Origin: Lachnospirales bacterium
GTDB lineage: Bacteria; Bacillota; Clostridia; Lachnospirales; CAMZNU01
Assembly (NCBI GenBank): GCA_047973385.1
Contig: JBKEBX010000024.1
Span: 5-64,004, forward strand
Length of the DNA stretch: 64,000 nucleotides
Reading direction: 5' to 3'
Shown: one piece after another, positions 1-8,007 of the stretch
Position numbering within the stretch: position 1 is the stretch's first letter
Layout of the letters: each line of letters starts with the position of its first letter
Position numbers and translations under genes: made by a program
Notes under the pieces: model-generated
Seen by the model: only the letters and a program-made list of their open reading frames with translations
Database searches by the model: none
Told to the model about the DNA's origin: nothing

Positions 1-433
1 CGGAAGTATTATCTTTAAGAATTTCATTAAGCCCCTTTGCAAGTCTATCAATGCCGTACTCTAAATTTGTATCTTTGTGAAATGAACCAGGATGCAAAAC
101 GAGAGATTTTGCTCCACTATCTTCAACTCTTGTTAGTTCTTTTTTCAAAAATTCTATCGAAAAATTCCATTTTTCATCATCTGGATTTCCAAGGTTCACA
201 ATATAAGGAGCATGTACAATTATATTTTCAAGAGGTATATTGTGTTCATTTAAAAGAGCAACCCCCTCTTGTATCTTAAGTTTATCTGTTGGTTTTCTAA
301 TAGTATTTTGAGGTGCTCCCGTATAAAGCATAAGAGCATTTGCATTGTAACTTAACGCCTCTTTAACTGCACCATATATTCCACCACTCATAGAAACATG
401 AGAGCCTATTTTCAACTCATTATTTATATTCAT
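1..433 (-). CDS. nfo: Endonuclease IV (AP endonuclease), N-terminal ~144 codons; 3' end runs off the window
   Basis: Not in the ORF track because it is open at the window edge. Reverse translation from ATG (rc of 431-433) gives MNINNELKIGSHVSMSGGIYGAVKEALSYNANALMLYTGAPQNT...IIVHAPYIVNLGNP...LVLHPGSF. This is the conserved Nfo/YqfS pattern. Confidence 0.9.
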   Translation of the reverse strand, partial: MNINNELKIGSHVSMSGGIYGAVKEALSYNANALMLYTGAPQNTIRKPTDKLKIQEGVALLNEHNIPLENIIVHAPYIVNLGNPDDEKWNFSIEFLKKELTRVEDSGAKSLVLHPGSFHKDTNLEYGIDRLAKGLNEILKDNTS

Positions 434-470
434 TTTATTTACCTTTCTAAGTTTTAGCATTTTACATTTG

Positions 471-780
471 ATTACAATAATCTTAAGTTCTAGCCTTGTT
501 TTCGAGGCTAGGACTTTAGTATATTATATCATAAAGTAATTTCCAAAGGAAATTACAATATTCTTATGTCGTAGCTGTCTTTTGGTAGCTAGGACTTTAG
601 TATATTATATCATAAAGTAATTTCCAAGGAAATTACAATATTCTTATGTCGTAGCTGTCTTTTGGTAGCTAGGACTTTAGTATATTATATCATAAAGTAA
701 TTTCCAAAGGAAATTACAATAATCTTAATGTGTAGCTGTACTTTATGTAGCTACGCATTTAGTTTATTATACCATAAATA
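471..780. repeat. Tandem array A of the 81-bp double-hairpin repeat (about 4 units)
   Basis: Units start at 471, 552, 632 and 713 (period 80-81 bp). Each unit has the palindrome GTAATTTCC-AAA-GGAAATTAC, a second hairpin (490-511 CTAGCCTTG-TTTT-CGAGGCTAG; 572-591 TAGCTGTC-TTTT-GGTAGCTA), and a minus-strand TGATATAAT (e.g. rc of 523-531). The fourth unit is the variant type seen in array C. Confidence 0.9.
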
Positions 781-854
781 ACTTGACAATAAAACTATTT
801 TAATATATTGTTAATATATAAAAGTAAATAAAACAAAAAGGAGAAATATAATAT

Positions 855-1325
855 ATGAATACAGATTTTGTAACACTAGAAATACGCAAAGTTAAAGATA
901 TAGCTTTAATTGCTCACGATAGTAAAAAAGCTGATTTAATAAATTGGTGTATCAAAAATAAAAGCATTTTGGAAAAACACAAATTATATGGAACAGGCAC
1001 AACAGCAAGAATGATAACTGACAAAGTAGGACTTAAAGTTAAAGGATATTCTTCAGGACCACTTGGAGGTGACCAACAAATAGGTGCAAAAATAGTTGAA
1101 AATGTAATAGATTTTGTAATATTTTTTAGCGACCCGCTTACAGCTCAACCACATGACCCTGACGTAAAGGCGCTACTTCGTGTATCTCAAGTTTATGATA
1201 TACCTATCGCAACGAACAAATCAACAGCTGATTTTATGATAACAAGTACATATATGGACGAAATTTATGAACACACTGTTGTAAACTTTAAAAAACAAGT
1301 TGAAGAACGTTCTAAAAATATGTAA
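855..1325 (+). CDS. mgsA: Methylglyoxal synthase
   Basis: 156 aa. IALIAHDSKK...LYGTGTTA...SGPLGGDQQIGA...DPLTAQPHDPDVKALLR matches the MgsA family signature. AGGAG RBS upstream. Confidence 0.95.
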   Translation: MNTDFVTLEIRKVKDIALIAHDSKKADLINWCIKNKSILEKHKLYGTGTTARMITDKVGLKVKGYSSGPLGGDQQIGAKIVENVIDFVIFFSDPLTAQPHDPDVKALLRVSQVYDIPIATNKSTADFMITSTYMDEIYEHTVVNFKKQVEERSKNM

Positions 1326-1330
1326 ATACA

Positions 1331-1515
1331 AGTAAAAATGGCGACCTTGCAAAATATAGAAAAATCCATTTTCATAGCAAAACAACAGCTTTGCGACTTT
1401 GACTAAAATTGTAAAAAGGGCATGTTAATACAGTTCCCGTCGTTTATCAAAAGTATGAAAATTTGGTTTTTATTTTGCAATATGCCATTATTTCGATTTT
1501 CTGGCGTTTCCATAT
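1331..1515 (+). repeat. Dispersed intergenic repeat, copy E1 (long form)
   Basis: Left module AGTAAAAATGGCGACCTTGCAAAATATAGAAAAATCCATTTTCATAGCAAAACA. Right module CAAAAGTATGAAAATTTGGTTTTTATTTTGCAATATGCCATTATTTCGATTTTCTGGCGTTTCCATAT. Related copies lie at 1844, 8008 (rc), 17265, 48745 and 62188. Confidence 0.8.
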
Positions 1516-1547
1516 GAAAGGGTCGAAAAAGTTTTTTTTAAAAAGTG

Positions 1548-1576
1548 TTGACAAAATAGTGAAGATGTTATATACT
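1548..1576 (+). promoter_or_regulatory. Sigma-A-type promoter for tRNA-fMet
   Basis: TTGACA (1548-1553), 17-nt spacer, TATACT (1571-1576), about 48 nt upstream of the tRNA. Confidence 0.5.
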
Positions 1577-1623
1577 AATATAGTACTAATTAACACGTTA
1601 TGTAAGTGTTGATATAATAATAA

Positions 1624-1696
1624 CGCGGGGTGGAGCAGTTGGCAGCTCGTCGGGCTCATAACCCGAAGGTCGCAGGTTCGAGTCCTGCCCCCGCTA
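1624..1696 (+). tRNA. Initiator tRNA-fMet (anticodon CAT)
   Basis: CGCGGGGTGGAGCAGTTGGCAGCTCGTCGGGCTCATAACCCGAAGGTCGCAGGTTCGAGTCCTGCCCCCGCTA. It folds as a cloverleaf with a C1 x T72 mismatch and three G-C pairs (GGG/CCC) closing the CTCATAA anticodon loop, both initiator hallmarks. No CCA is encoded. Confidence 0.95.
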
Positions 1697-1708
1697 TTTT
1701 TTACTAAT

Positions 1709-1771
1709 AAAGCTTATAAAATAGGGATTTCTCAAAACTAGAAAAACTTATTTTATAGGCTTTATTTTTTT
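1709..1771 (+). terminator. Rho-independent terminator after tRNA-fMet
   Basis: 15-bp stem AAAGCTTATAAAATA (1709-1723) / TATTTTATAGGCTTT (1749-1763, one G.U), followed by a T-run at 1764-1771. The loop is unusually long (25 nt). Confidence 0.55.
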
Positions 1772-1843
1772 ACACTGTATTTATGGTTTATAACAATTAG
1801 GTTTATTAACATAACTAAAAATAATTTAACAGAAGTAAAAATG

Positions 1844-1994
1844 GCGACCTTGCAAAATGTAGAAAAATCCATTTTCATAGCAAAACAATGGCTTTGCTGT
1901 GTTTGTCAAAAGTATGAAAATTTGGTTTTTTTGCAATGTGCCATTATTTTAGTTTTCAGACGTTTCCAAATATTAATTTTGCAACGTTTCCATT
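1844..1994 (+). repeat. Dispersed intergenic repeat, copy E2
   Basis: AGTAAAAATGGCGACCTTGCAAAATGTAGAAAAATCCATTTTCATAGCAAAACAATGGCTTTGC...GTCAAAAGTATGAAAATTTGGTTTTTTTGCAATGTGCCATTATTTTAGTTTTCAGACGTTTCCAAAT. Direct copy of E1, lacking about 50 bp of E1's middle. Confidence 0.8.
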
Positions 1995-2170
1995 TATATA
2001 TTTTTATATAGATTGATAAGTAAAAAAGCTATCTGAGTATATTAAAAGATAGTGTTTATTTGTTCTAATCACGTGAAAACTTATCACAAGTTGTTAATAT
2101 TAAAAATACTGAACGCATTGAAAAATATAGGTTTTTAAAAGTTATATATATCTAGTAAATTAAACGAACT

Positions 2171-2262
2171 TATGTTATAATAAACTAAAGTCCTGGCTAC
2201 CAAAAGACAGCTATGACTTAAGCATATAATAATTTTCTTTGAAAATTACTATATGCTATAAC
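2171..2262. repeat. Array B: single unit of the 81-bp double-hairpin repeat (orientation as array D)
   Basis: TATGTTATAATAAACTAAAGTCCTGGCTACCAAAAGACAGCTATGACTTAAGCATATAATAATTTTCTTTGAAAATTACTATATGCTATAAC. The -10-like boxes TGTTATAAT and TGCTATAAC point toward the ORF starting at 2306. Confidence 0.75.
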
Positions 2263-2305
2263 AAATTATAGAAATATTAAAATTAAAATACAAGGAGATT
2301 TCCTT

Positions 2306-3034
2306 ATGTCATATATATTTATTTTTTTTGCCGTAGTTTATATGTTGATTGTAAAAATTTACAGTATACTATTTCAACTTACAGGACTTTCTAAACAAAA
2401 GTCACTTTTTCAAGTAGCTTCTATACTTACAAGTACTGGCTTTACAACAAAGGAAAGCGAAATTATTATTATTGATAATACAAGACGAAAGCTTGTTTTT
2501 TCTCTAATGATTTTTGGATACGCAAGTACAATTATATCCATATCTTTGGTAGTTTTTCTATTATTTCATAACTATTCGGCAACTCAATATATACTTATGT
2601 TTTTGTATATTTCTTTTTTCTATTTAATTGGAAATACTAAGTTTGTTACAATGACTTTAAAAAGCATTGTTAAAAAAGTAGGTAATAAGCATTTTTATGG
2701 AGAAAGTAATAATAGTATATTTGTTTTACTGGACTACGGAAATAAGGTTTTAGCAGAAATAAATATAAATCAATTACCTAAGTCCTTTAATGGTGTTCAA
2801 CTTAAAGATTTAGAAATTTTTCAAAAGTTTGAACTAAATTTATTATCAATACAAAGAAAAAACTTGAATATAACAACGGTAAATGACGACCATATTATTA
2901 AAGTTGGTGACCAACTTATTGTATATGGTGATATTATAAAAATGACCTATGTTTTTCAAACAATGATAAAAAATGATTTAGAAAAAGAAAATCAAGAAAT
3001 AGAAAATCAAGAAATAGAAAAAAAGGATAGTTAG
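2306..3034 (+). CDS. Small membrane protein with C-terminal TrkA-C (RCK_C)-like domain; possible minimal cation channel or regulator
   Basis: 242 aa. The N-terminus reads TM - FQVASILTSTGFTT - TM. The C-terminal half (VLAEININQLP...LKDLEIFQKFELNLLSIQR...IIKVGDQLIVYGD) looks like a TrkA-C/RCK_C fold. The tail has an ENQEI ENQEI repeat. Confidence 0.55.
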   Translation: MSYIFIFFAVVYMLIVKIYSILFQLTGLSKQKSLFQVASILTSTGFTTKESEIIIIDNTRRKLVFSLMIFGYASTIISISLVVFLLFHNYSATQYILMFLYISFFYLIGNTKFVTMTLKSIVKKVGNKHFYGESNNSIFVLLDYGNKVLAEININQLPKSFNGVQLKDLEIFQKFELNLLSIQRKNLNITTVNDDHIIKVGDQLIVYGDIIKMTYVFQTMIKNDLEKENQEIENQEIEKKDS

Positions 3035-3272
3035 TAAAATCCTGAAAAATGTTAGAAAAAAATATACTACACAAAAATTAGCATTCGACTTAGTGATTTG
3101 CAACACAAATCATATAGCCTGTAGCATAAAATAAGCGTTCATACTTCACTGTATTTTATGCAATCTCACTATTTTTGTTTACGTTTACACTACTATAATT
3201 TTTTTCTTTCGGACTTTATCAGCACGTTCCATAGTTAATTAAACAAGCTATCCTTTATGTGTTTCTTTTAAA

Positions 3273-3488
3273 TTATAATTTATTAGAAATCCCCATAGGT
3301 ATTTTAAAATCTGATGTTATTTTATCGTAACAATTTTCACATAATATAAAAGAGTGTATTTCATTATCGTATTTTGATGGATAGTCCCATCTATTTTGAA
3401 CCTTTAAAAAGCTTGTACTATTACAAGACTTACTACACATATTACAAACTTTTTTATGTCCTTTATTTTTAGGATAATATCTACGCAA
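3273..3488 (-). CDS. Hypothetical small Cys-rich (zinc-ribbon-like) protein
   Basis: 71 aa with CNMC...CN and CENC pairs. TTG start preceded by AAGGTGGTGA. No homology recognised. Confidence 0.35.
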   Translation of the reverse strand: MRRYYPKNKGHKKVCNMCSKSCNSTSFLKVQNRWDYPSKYDNEIHSFILCENCYDKITSDFKIPMGISNKL

Positions 3489-3606
3489 AACATCTCACCA
3501 CCTTTTTTACTTTTACGATAAAATTATACACTAATTTACAAGCTTTATCAATATTATGTTCAAAAAATATAACAAATATTCTTCTTTATAAAACTAGGAG
3601 GTTTTA

Positions 3607-4329
3607 ATGAAATTTTTAATAGATAGTCACGTTCATTCCCTTTCAAGCGGCCATGCTTATGCTACAATTTATGAAAATATAATTCATGCTAAAAAATTAG
3701 GTTTAGAAGCAATTGCAATTACCGATCATGCTCCTGAGATGCCAGGAACTTGCCATTTATTCCATTTTAACAATTTAAAAGTAATACCTAAAGTTGTTGA
3801 AGGTGTAAGAGTTTTTACTGGTATAGAGCTTAATATATTAGATGTAAACGGTAAAATTGATGCTCCAGAATATACGCTTAAAATGTTAGATGTTAAAATA
3901 GCTAGTATTCATGAAATTTTAAACGATGTAGATGGAATAGAAAATATTACAAAAACCTATGTAAATACAATTAAAAATAACAATATAAATGTAATAGGTC
4001 ACCCTTGTGATATACGTTACCCTTTTAATATTGAAGAAGTTGTTCTTGCCGCTAAGGAACATAATGTTGCTTTTGAAATAAATAATTGTTCTTTAAATAA
4101 AACTTCATATCGTTATGACCCTGATGAGTCAATAATTGATTTGCTTATGTGTTGCAAAAAACATAATGTGTTTGTAACTTGTGGTTCAGATTCTCACTAC
4201 TTAGACACTTTAGGTAATTTTGATAATACATACGAACTTCTATCTCGTATTGATTTTCCAGAAAAACTTATTTTAAATGCAAATTTACAACTTTTCGAAG
4301 ACTTTGTTCAAAGTCATAAAAATAAATAA
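3607..4329 (+). CDS. PHP-domain phosphatase (YcdX-like)
   Basis: 240 aa. IDSHVHS...GHAY...AITDHAPEMPG...GHP...GSDSH are the metal-ligand motifs of the PHP/YcdX family. AGGAGG RBS. Confidence 0.85.
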   Translation: MKFLIDSHVHSLSSGHAYATIYENIIHAKKLGLEAIAITDHAPEMPGTCHLFHFNNLKVIPKVVEGVRVFTGIELNILDVNGKIDAPEYTLKMLDVKIASIHEILNDVDGIENITKTYVNTIKNNNINVIGHPCDIRYPFNIEEVVLAAKEHNVAFEINNCSLNKTSYRYDPDESIIDLLMCCKKHNVFVTCGSDSHYLDTLGNFDNTYELLSRIDFPEKLILNANLQLFEDFVQSHKNK

Positions 4330-4355
4330 TAATAAATAAACGGGGGATTACTAAA

Positions 4356-4676
4356 ATGTCTGATAATTTAAAGAAGTATAATTATAATGATGAGGATATT
4401 CAAATTTTAGTTGATTTAATTTTATTAATTGATAACGAAGAAGATTGCAAAAAATTTTTAGCAGAGCTACTTAGCAAATCAGAATTTACAAGTATTACTC
4501 AAAGAATTAAAATTGCTCATATGCTCCAAGACGGTAAAAAATATCACGAAATTACAGAAACTACGAAAGCTTCAACTACTACAATAAGTAGAGTTAATAA
4601 AGTTTTATCAACTGAAAATAATATGTTTTATGTTATGTTGAAAAAATTAAATAAAATGAAGAAATTAGATAAATAA
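4356..4676 (+). CDS. TrpR-related YerC/YecD family protein
   Basis: 106 aa. FLAELLSKSEF..ITQRIKIAHML.DG..YHEI...T.ASTTTISRVNK matches the YerC/YecD family. Confidence 0.8.
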   Translation: MSDNLKKYNYNDEDIQILVDLILLIDNEEDCKKFLAELLSKSEFTSITQRIKIAHMLQDGKKYHEITETTKASTTTISRVNKVLSTENNMFYVMLKKLNKMKKLDK

Positions 4677-4686
4677 AGGAGTTTAC

Positions 4687-6879
4687 ATGGATTATTTACA
4701 AGGGTTAAACAAAGAACAAAAACAAGGCGTCTTACAAACCGAAGGCCCTTTACTTATTATAGCTGGTGCAGGTTCTGGAAAAACTCTTGTTCTTACTCAT
4801 AGAATATCCCATCTTATTGAACAAGGGATTATGCCAAGTAATATACTTGCTATAACTTTTACGAATAAAGCAGCTAAAGAAATGAAAGAACGTGCAGTTA
4901 ACTTAAATCCAAAGGCTATTGCTTCAACTATTTGTACCTTTCATTCTTTTTGTGTGCGTGTTTTAAGACGAGAACTTAATATACTAGGTCTTGGTGGAAA
5001 CTTTGTAATATACGATGGTGATGATAGTCTAAAGGTGATAAGAGCAATTTTAAAAGAAAAGGGTATTGAAAAAAACGAGCGAATTAAGCCTAAAAGTGTT
5101 TTATCATATATTTCAGGTCTTAAAAACGATTTTGTAACTCCCGAAGAAGCTATGGCACAAGATAAACACGATTACTATTACGAAATCTTAAGCGAGATTT
5201 ACATGGAGTATGAAAAAGCTTTAATAAAATACAATGCCTTTGATTTTAACGATATACTTCTTAAAGCAGTTCAACTTTTTGATAGCTACCCAAATGTTTT
5301 AGAAAAGTATCAAGAAAAATTTAAATATATTATGGTTGATGAGTATCAAGATACAAATACTGTTCAGTATATGCTTGTTCGACAACTTGCTTTTAAATAT
5401 AAAAATATTTGTGTTGTTGGTGATGATGACCAAAGTATTTATGGTTGGCGTGGTGCGGATATTACTAATATTCTGAATTTTGAAAAGGATTATAGTAATG
5501 CTAAAATGTTAAAACTTGAACAAAACTATCGTTCAACTAATGTTATACTTAAAGCTGCCAATAACTTGATTAAACATAACAAAAATCGTAGAGATAAAAA
5601 TCTTTGGAGCGATAGCACAGACAGTAACCCTATTATTTGTAGAAGCTCTGGAAACGATTTTGAAGAAGCAAGATTTGTAGTTTCAGAAATACAAAAGATT
5701 ACGAAAGATAATAAATTTAACGAAATTGCTATACTATATAGAACTAATAATCAATCACGTCTATTTGAAGATGAATTTATACGTTTAAATATACCATACC
5801 AAATCTATGGGGGCGTAAAGTTTTATGACCGTAAAGAAGTTAAAGATATTTTGGCATATTTAAAATATATTTATAATACTAAAGATGAAATTTCTTTAAA
5901 ACGTATTATTAATGAGCCTAAACGAAGTATTGGAACGGTTACGGTCGGTAAATTGGACAACTATTCAAATATAAATAATACATACATTTTAAATGTTTTA
6001 AAAGATGTTGGAGATATAAAAGAATTTAAAAATTCTAGTAAAAAGCTGACTGAATTTTATAAACTAATTGAATATTTAATTGATTTTTCGAGTAAATCAA
6101 CAGTTAAAGATTTGACTTTAGAAGTTATAAAAGCTACTAAATACGAAGATGAACTTTTACTTGAAAATACTGATGAGGCAAGAACACGTATTTCGAATAT
6201 TTATGAACTTGTAGCAAAGGCTGATGAATTTAACAAGATTTATCCCGACGGAACTCTTGGCGAGTTTTTAGAAGAAGTATCTCTTGTAGCTGATGTGGAT
6301 GCCTATGATGAAAATACACCTAAAGTTGTGCTTATGACACTGCATACATCTAAAGGCTTGGAGTTTGAAAACGTTTTCCTTGTAGGTCTTGAAGAAAACC
6401 TATTCCCAAGTATAAATTCTTCTATTGATTTTGATTTAGATGACGAAAAAATCGAAGAAGAACGCCGTTTAATGTATGTTGGTATAACCCGTGCTAAGAA
6501 AAAGTTATATCTTACAAACGCTAATTGCCGTAGACAGTTTGGTAATATGGTTTATAATAAATCTTCGAGATTTATAGACGAAATACCAAAAGATTTACTT
6601 GACCTACCAAAAGAAATAAAGTCAAAATCTACATCATCACCGTCACTTAAATCTATGCTAAATAGCAGAAAAACTACTTCTCTTAAGGACTATTTTGATG
6701 ATAAGCCAAAAAATAAATCCTTAGATTTTGAAGTTGGTGATAAAGTTCGACATATGAAGTATGGTGTATGTGAAGTTTTAGAAATAACTCCTGCAGGTGC
6801 AGACTTTCAAGTTAAACTTAACACAAAGCTTGGGGAAAAATCTTGTATGGGTATTCTTGCTAGGCTTAAGAAAGCTTAA
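4687..6879 (+). CDS. pcrA: ATP-dependent DNA helicase PcrA (UvrD/Rep family)
   Basis: 730 aa. AGAGSGKT Walker A, VDEYQDTN, YGWRGA, EQNYRST, TLHTSKGLEF and VGITRAK motifs are all present. Confidence 0.95.
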   Translation: MDYLQGLNKEQKQGVLQTEGPLLIIAGAGSGKTLVLTHRISHLIEQGIMPSNILAITFTNKAAKEMKERAVNLNPKAIASTICTFHSFCVRVLRRELNILGLGGNFVIYDGDDSLKVIRAILKEKGIEKNERIKPKSVLSYISGLKNDFVTPEEAMAQDKHDYYYEILSEIYMEYEKALIKYNAFDFNDILLKAVQLFDSYPNVLEKYQEKFKYIMVDEYQDTNTVQYMLVRQLAFKYKNICVVGDDDQSIYGWRGADITNILNFEKDYSNAKMLKLEQNYRSTNVILKAANNLIKHNKNRRDKNLWSDSTDSNPIICRSSGNDFEEARFVVSEIQKITKDNKFNEIAILYRTNNQSRLFEDEFIRLNIPYQIYGGVKFYDRKEVKDILAYLKYIYNTKDEISLKRIINEPKRSIGTVTVGKLDNYSNINNTYILNVLKDVGDIKEFKNSSKKLTEFYKLIEYLIDFSSKSTVKDLTLEVIKATKYEDELLLENTDEARTRISNIYELVAKADEFNKIYPDGTLGEFLEEVSLVADVDAYDENTPKVVLMTLHTSKGLEFENVFLVGLEENLFPSINSSIDFDLDDEKIEEERRLMYVGITRAKKKLYLTNANCRRQFGNMVYNKSSRFIDEIPKDLLDLPKEIKSKSTSSPSLKSMLNSRKTTSLKDYFDDKPKNKSLDFEVGDKVRHMKYGVCEVLEITPAGADFQVKLNTKLGEKSCMGILARLKKA

Positions 6880-6902
6880 TCATCTATTAAACGAGGTTTA
6901 AA

Positions 6903-7973
6903 ATGACACTAGAAACTCTTAAAAAAATTTACCGAAGTAAAAATATAAACAAAGTATATAAAGTTAACAAAATGGAGATAAAAGCAAACTGGCATGAGCT
7001 TTTATATGATTTAATTTTTATAATATTTATAGAAAAAATTATAACTATATATATAACTTCTTCTCATACTGCTGATATTAAGTTTGTTTTTGAAATATTG
7101 TTAATTTCTATGATGATTTTGTGGGTATGGAATGAACGTGTACTTCAAACAAACCATATGTATATACTTGAAAATGAGTTAAATGTTCATATACCCCAAT
7201 ACAAATTTTTGATATATATTGAAATGACTATTTTACTACTTTTACTACACAAGCTTGGTACATACCCCTATATTTACTTTTTTGTTAGTATATTTTTAAT
7301 ATCTGTGGTCTTTGAATTTATCTGTATGGAGTGGATAAGACACAAATTGTTTAGTCGTTATAAAAGAGAGTCTAAGGAAATGTATGATGCTGCTAAATCA
7401 TTTTGGGAAATTCGAACAAATAGTATAAACATTGAACATATACTAGAGCGTTTTGGAGTTTTAACTATTTTGTTTTTAGGCGAAACAATGCGAGAAGTTT
7501 TTTTATCTGATACTCATCAACTTGTTTTAATATTGTTTTGTATAATTCTTTTTAATATATTTGAATCCAGCACAAAACTATCTGATTCCTTAAAAGAACA
7601 ATCTATCAAAGAAAGCACCGTTAAGTATAATGTGTTAACAAGATATTTACGACGTTCACTTATATTACTTTTGTTTTTAATTTTGGCTGTTGCCTATACT
7701 CATAAATATCATGTGGAATACCCAGTAATTTTAATTACTGTTATTCTGTTAAATAAGTTCCACCAAGAATATGCATTATTCAAACTTGGAAAAATCTCAT
7801 TAAATAAGTATGAGATAATGTATTATATATACTTGTTTTTCATTACTCTATATGTGTTGCTAATTAAAAACTATAATATATTCACATTGATACTGATTTC
7901 CGTTTTGGCAATTCTTACTATTTTTAAAGATAGTTATCATACTATTGATATTGGCATTGATTTCAAAGAATAA
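6903..7973 (+). CDS. Polytopic membrane protein, LtrA (low-temperature-requirement A)-like
   Basis: 356 aa, multi-TM. The N-terminal WHELLYDLIFIIFI resembles the LtrA WLELFFDLVFV motif. The true start may be the internal Met in KVNKMEIK. Confidence 0.45.
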   Translation: MTLETLKKIYRSKNINKVYKVNKMEIKANWHELLYDLIFIIFIEKIITIYITSSHTADIKFVFEILLISMMILWVWNERVLQTNHMYILENELNVHIPQYKFLIYIEMTILLLLLHKLGTYPYIYFFVSIFLISVVFEFICMEWIRHKLFSRYKRESKEMYDAAKSFWEIRTNSINIEHILERFGVLTILFLGETMREVFLSDTHQLVLILFCIILFNIFESSTKLSDSLKEQSIKESTVKYNVLTRYLRRSLILLLFLILAVAYTHKYHVEYPVILITVILLNKFHQEYALFKLGKISLNKYEIMYYIYLFFITLYVLLIKNYNIFTLILISVLAILTIFKDSYHTIDIGIDFKE

Positions 7974-7979
7974 AAAAAA

Positions 7980-8007
7980 TGTAAAGGTTAACCCTTTACA
8001 TTTTTTT
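7980..8007 (+). terminator. Rho-independent terminator
   Basis: TGTAAAGG-TTAAC-CCTTTACA (7980-8000) followed by TTTTTTT. Confidence 0.7.

Noticed and set aside
37-279. Antisense or overlapping ORF-track entries. Examples: 37-279, 8699-8896, 10785-11087, 12935-13372, 14685-14873, 18687-18881, 20666-21409 (three ORFs), 23060-23260, 24877-25113, 25903-26223, 26382-26627, 30233-30499, 32077-32531, 32814-33071, 33444-33656, 34901-35275, 36029-36642, 38522-38764, 39145-39384, 40192-40374, 42879-43070, 44772-44963, 46001-46231, 49245-50093, 51463-51771, 53204-53567, 54932-55147, 55403-55600, 56376-56561, 57487-57903, 59130-59423.
   Set aside because: Each lies inside, and mostly antisense to, a gene with strong family-level motifs. 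Their translations are low-complexity (Ser/Leu/Phe/Ile/Lys-rich), as expected from the reverse strand of AT-rich coding DNA. No RBS or homology was recognised.
471-780. Could the tandem arrays (471-780, 20179-20433, 35559-35812) be CRISPR arrays?
   Set aside because: The units are contiguous 80-81-bp repeats with no unique spacers between them. The repeat length is far above CRISPR repeats. No cas genes are in the window.
1447-1659. Small ORFs inside the repeat elements: 1447-1659, 7860-8060, 7945-8328, 8010-8210, 20414-20614, 48779-48961.
   Set aside because: They run through non-coding repeat copies, a tRNA promoter or terminators. Equivalent copies of the repeat do not keep the reading frames open.
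2065-2080. parS-like CACGTG core (CTAATCACGTGAAAAC), and a TGTTTCAC half-site at 19521-19536.
   Set aside because: They match only about 10/16 and 12/16 positions of TGTTNCACGTGAAACA. Functional parS sites usually match at 14/16 or better. A computational scan is still advisable.
3124-3161. Hairpin GCATAAAATA-(18 nt)-TATTTTATGC between convergent genes.
   Set aside because: There is no T-run on either strand and the loop is long, so I cannot support a terminator or sRNA call from sequence alone.
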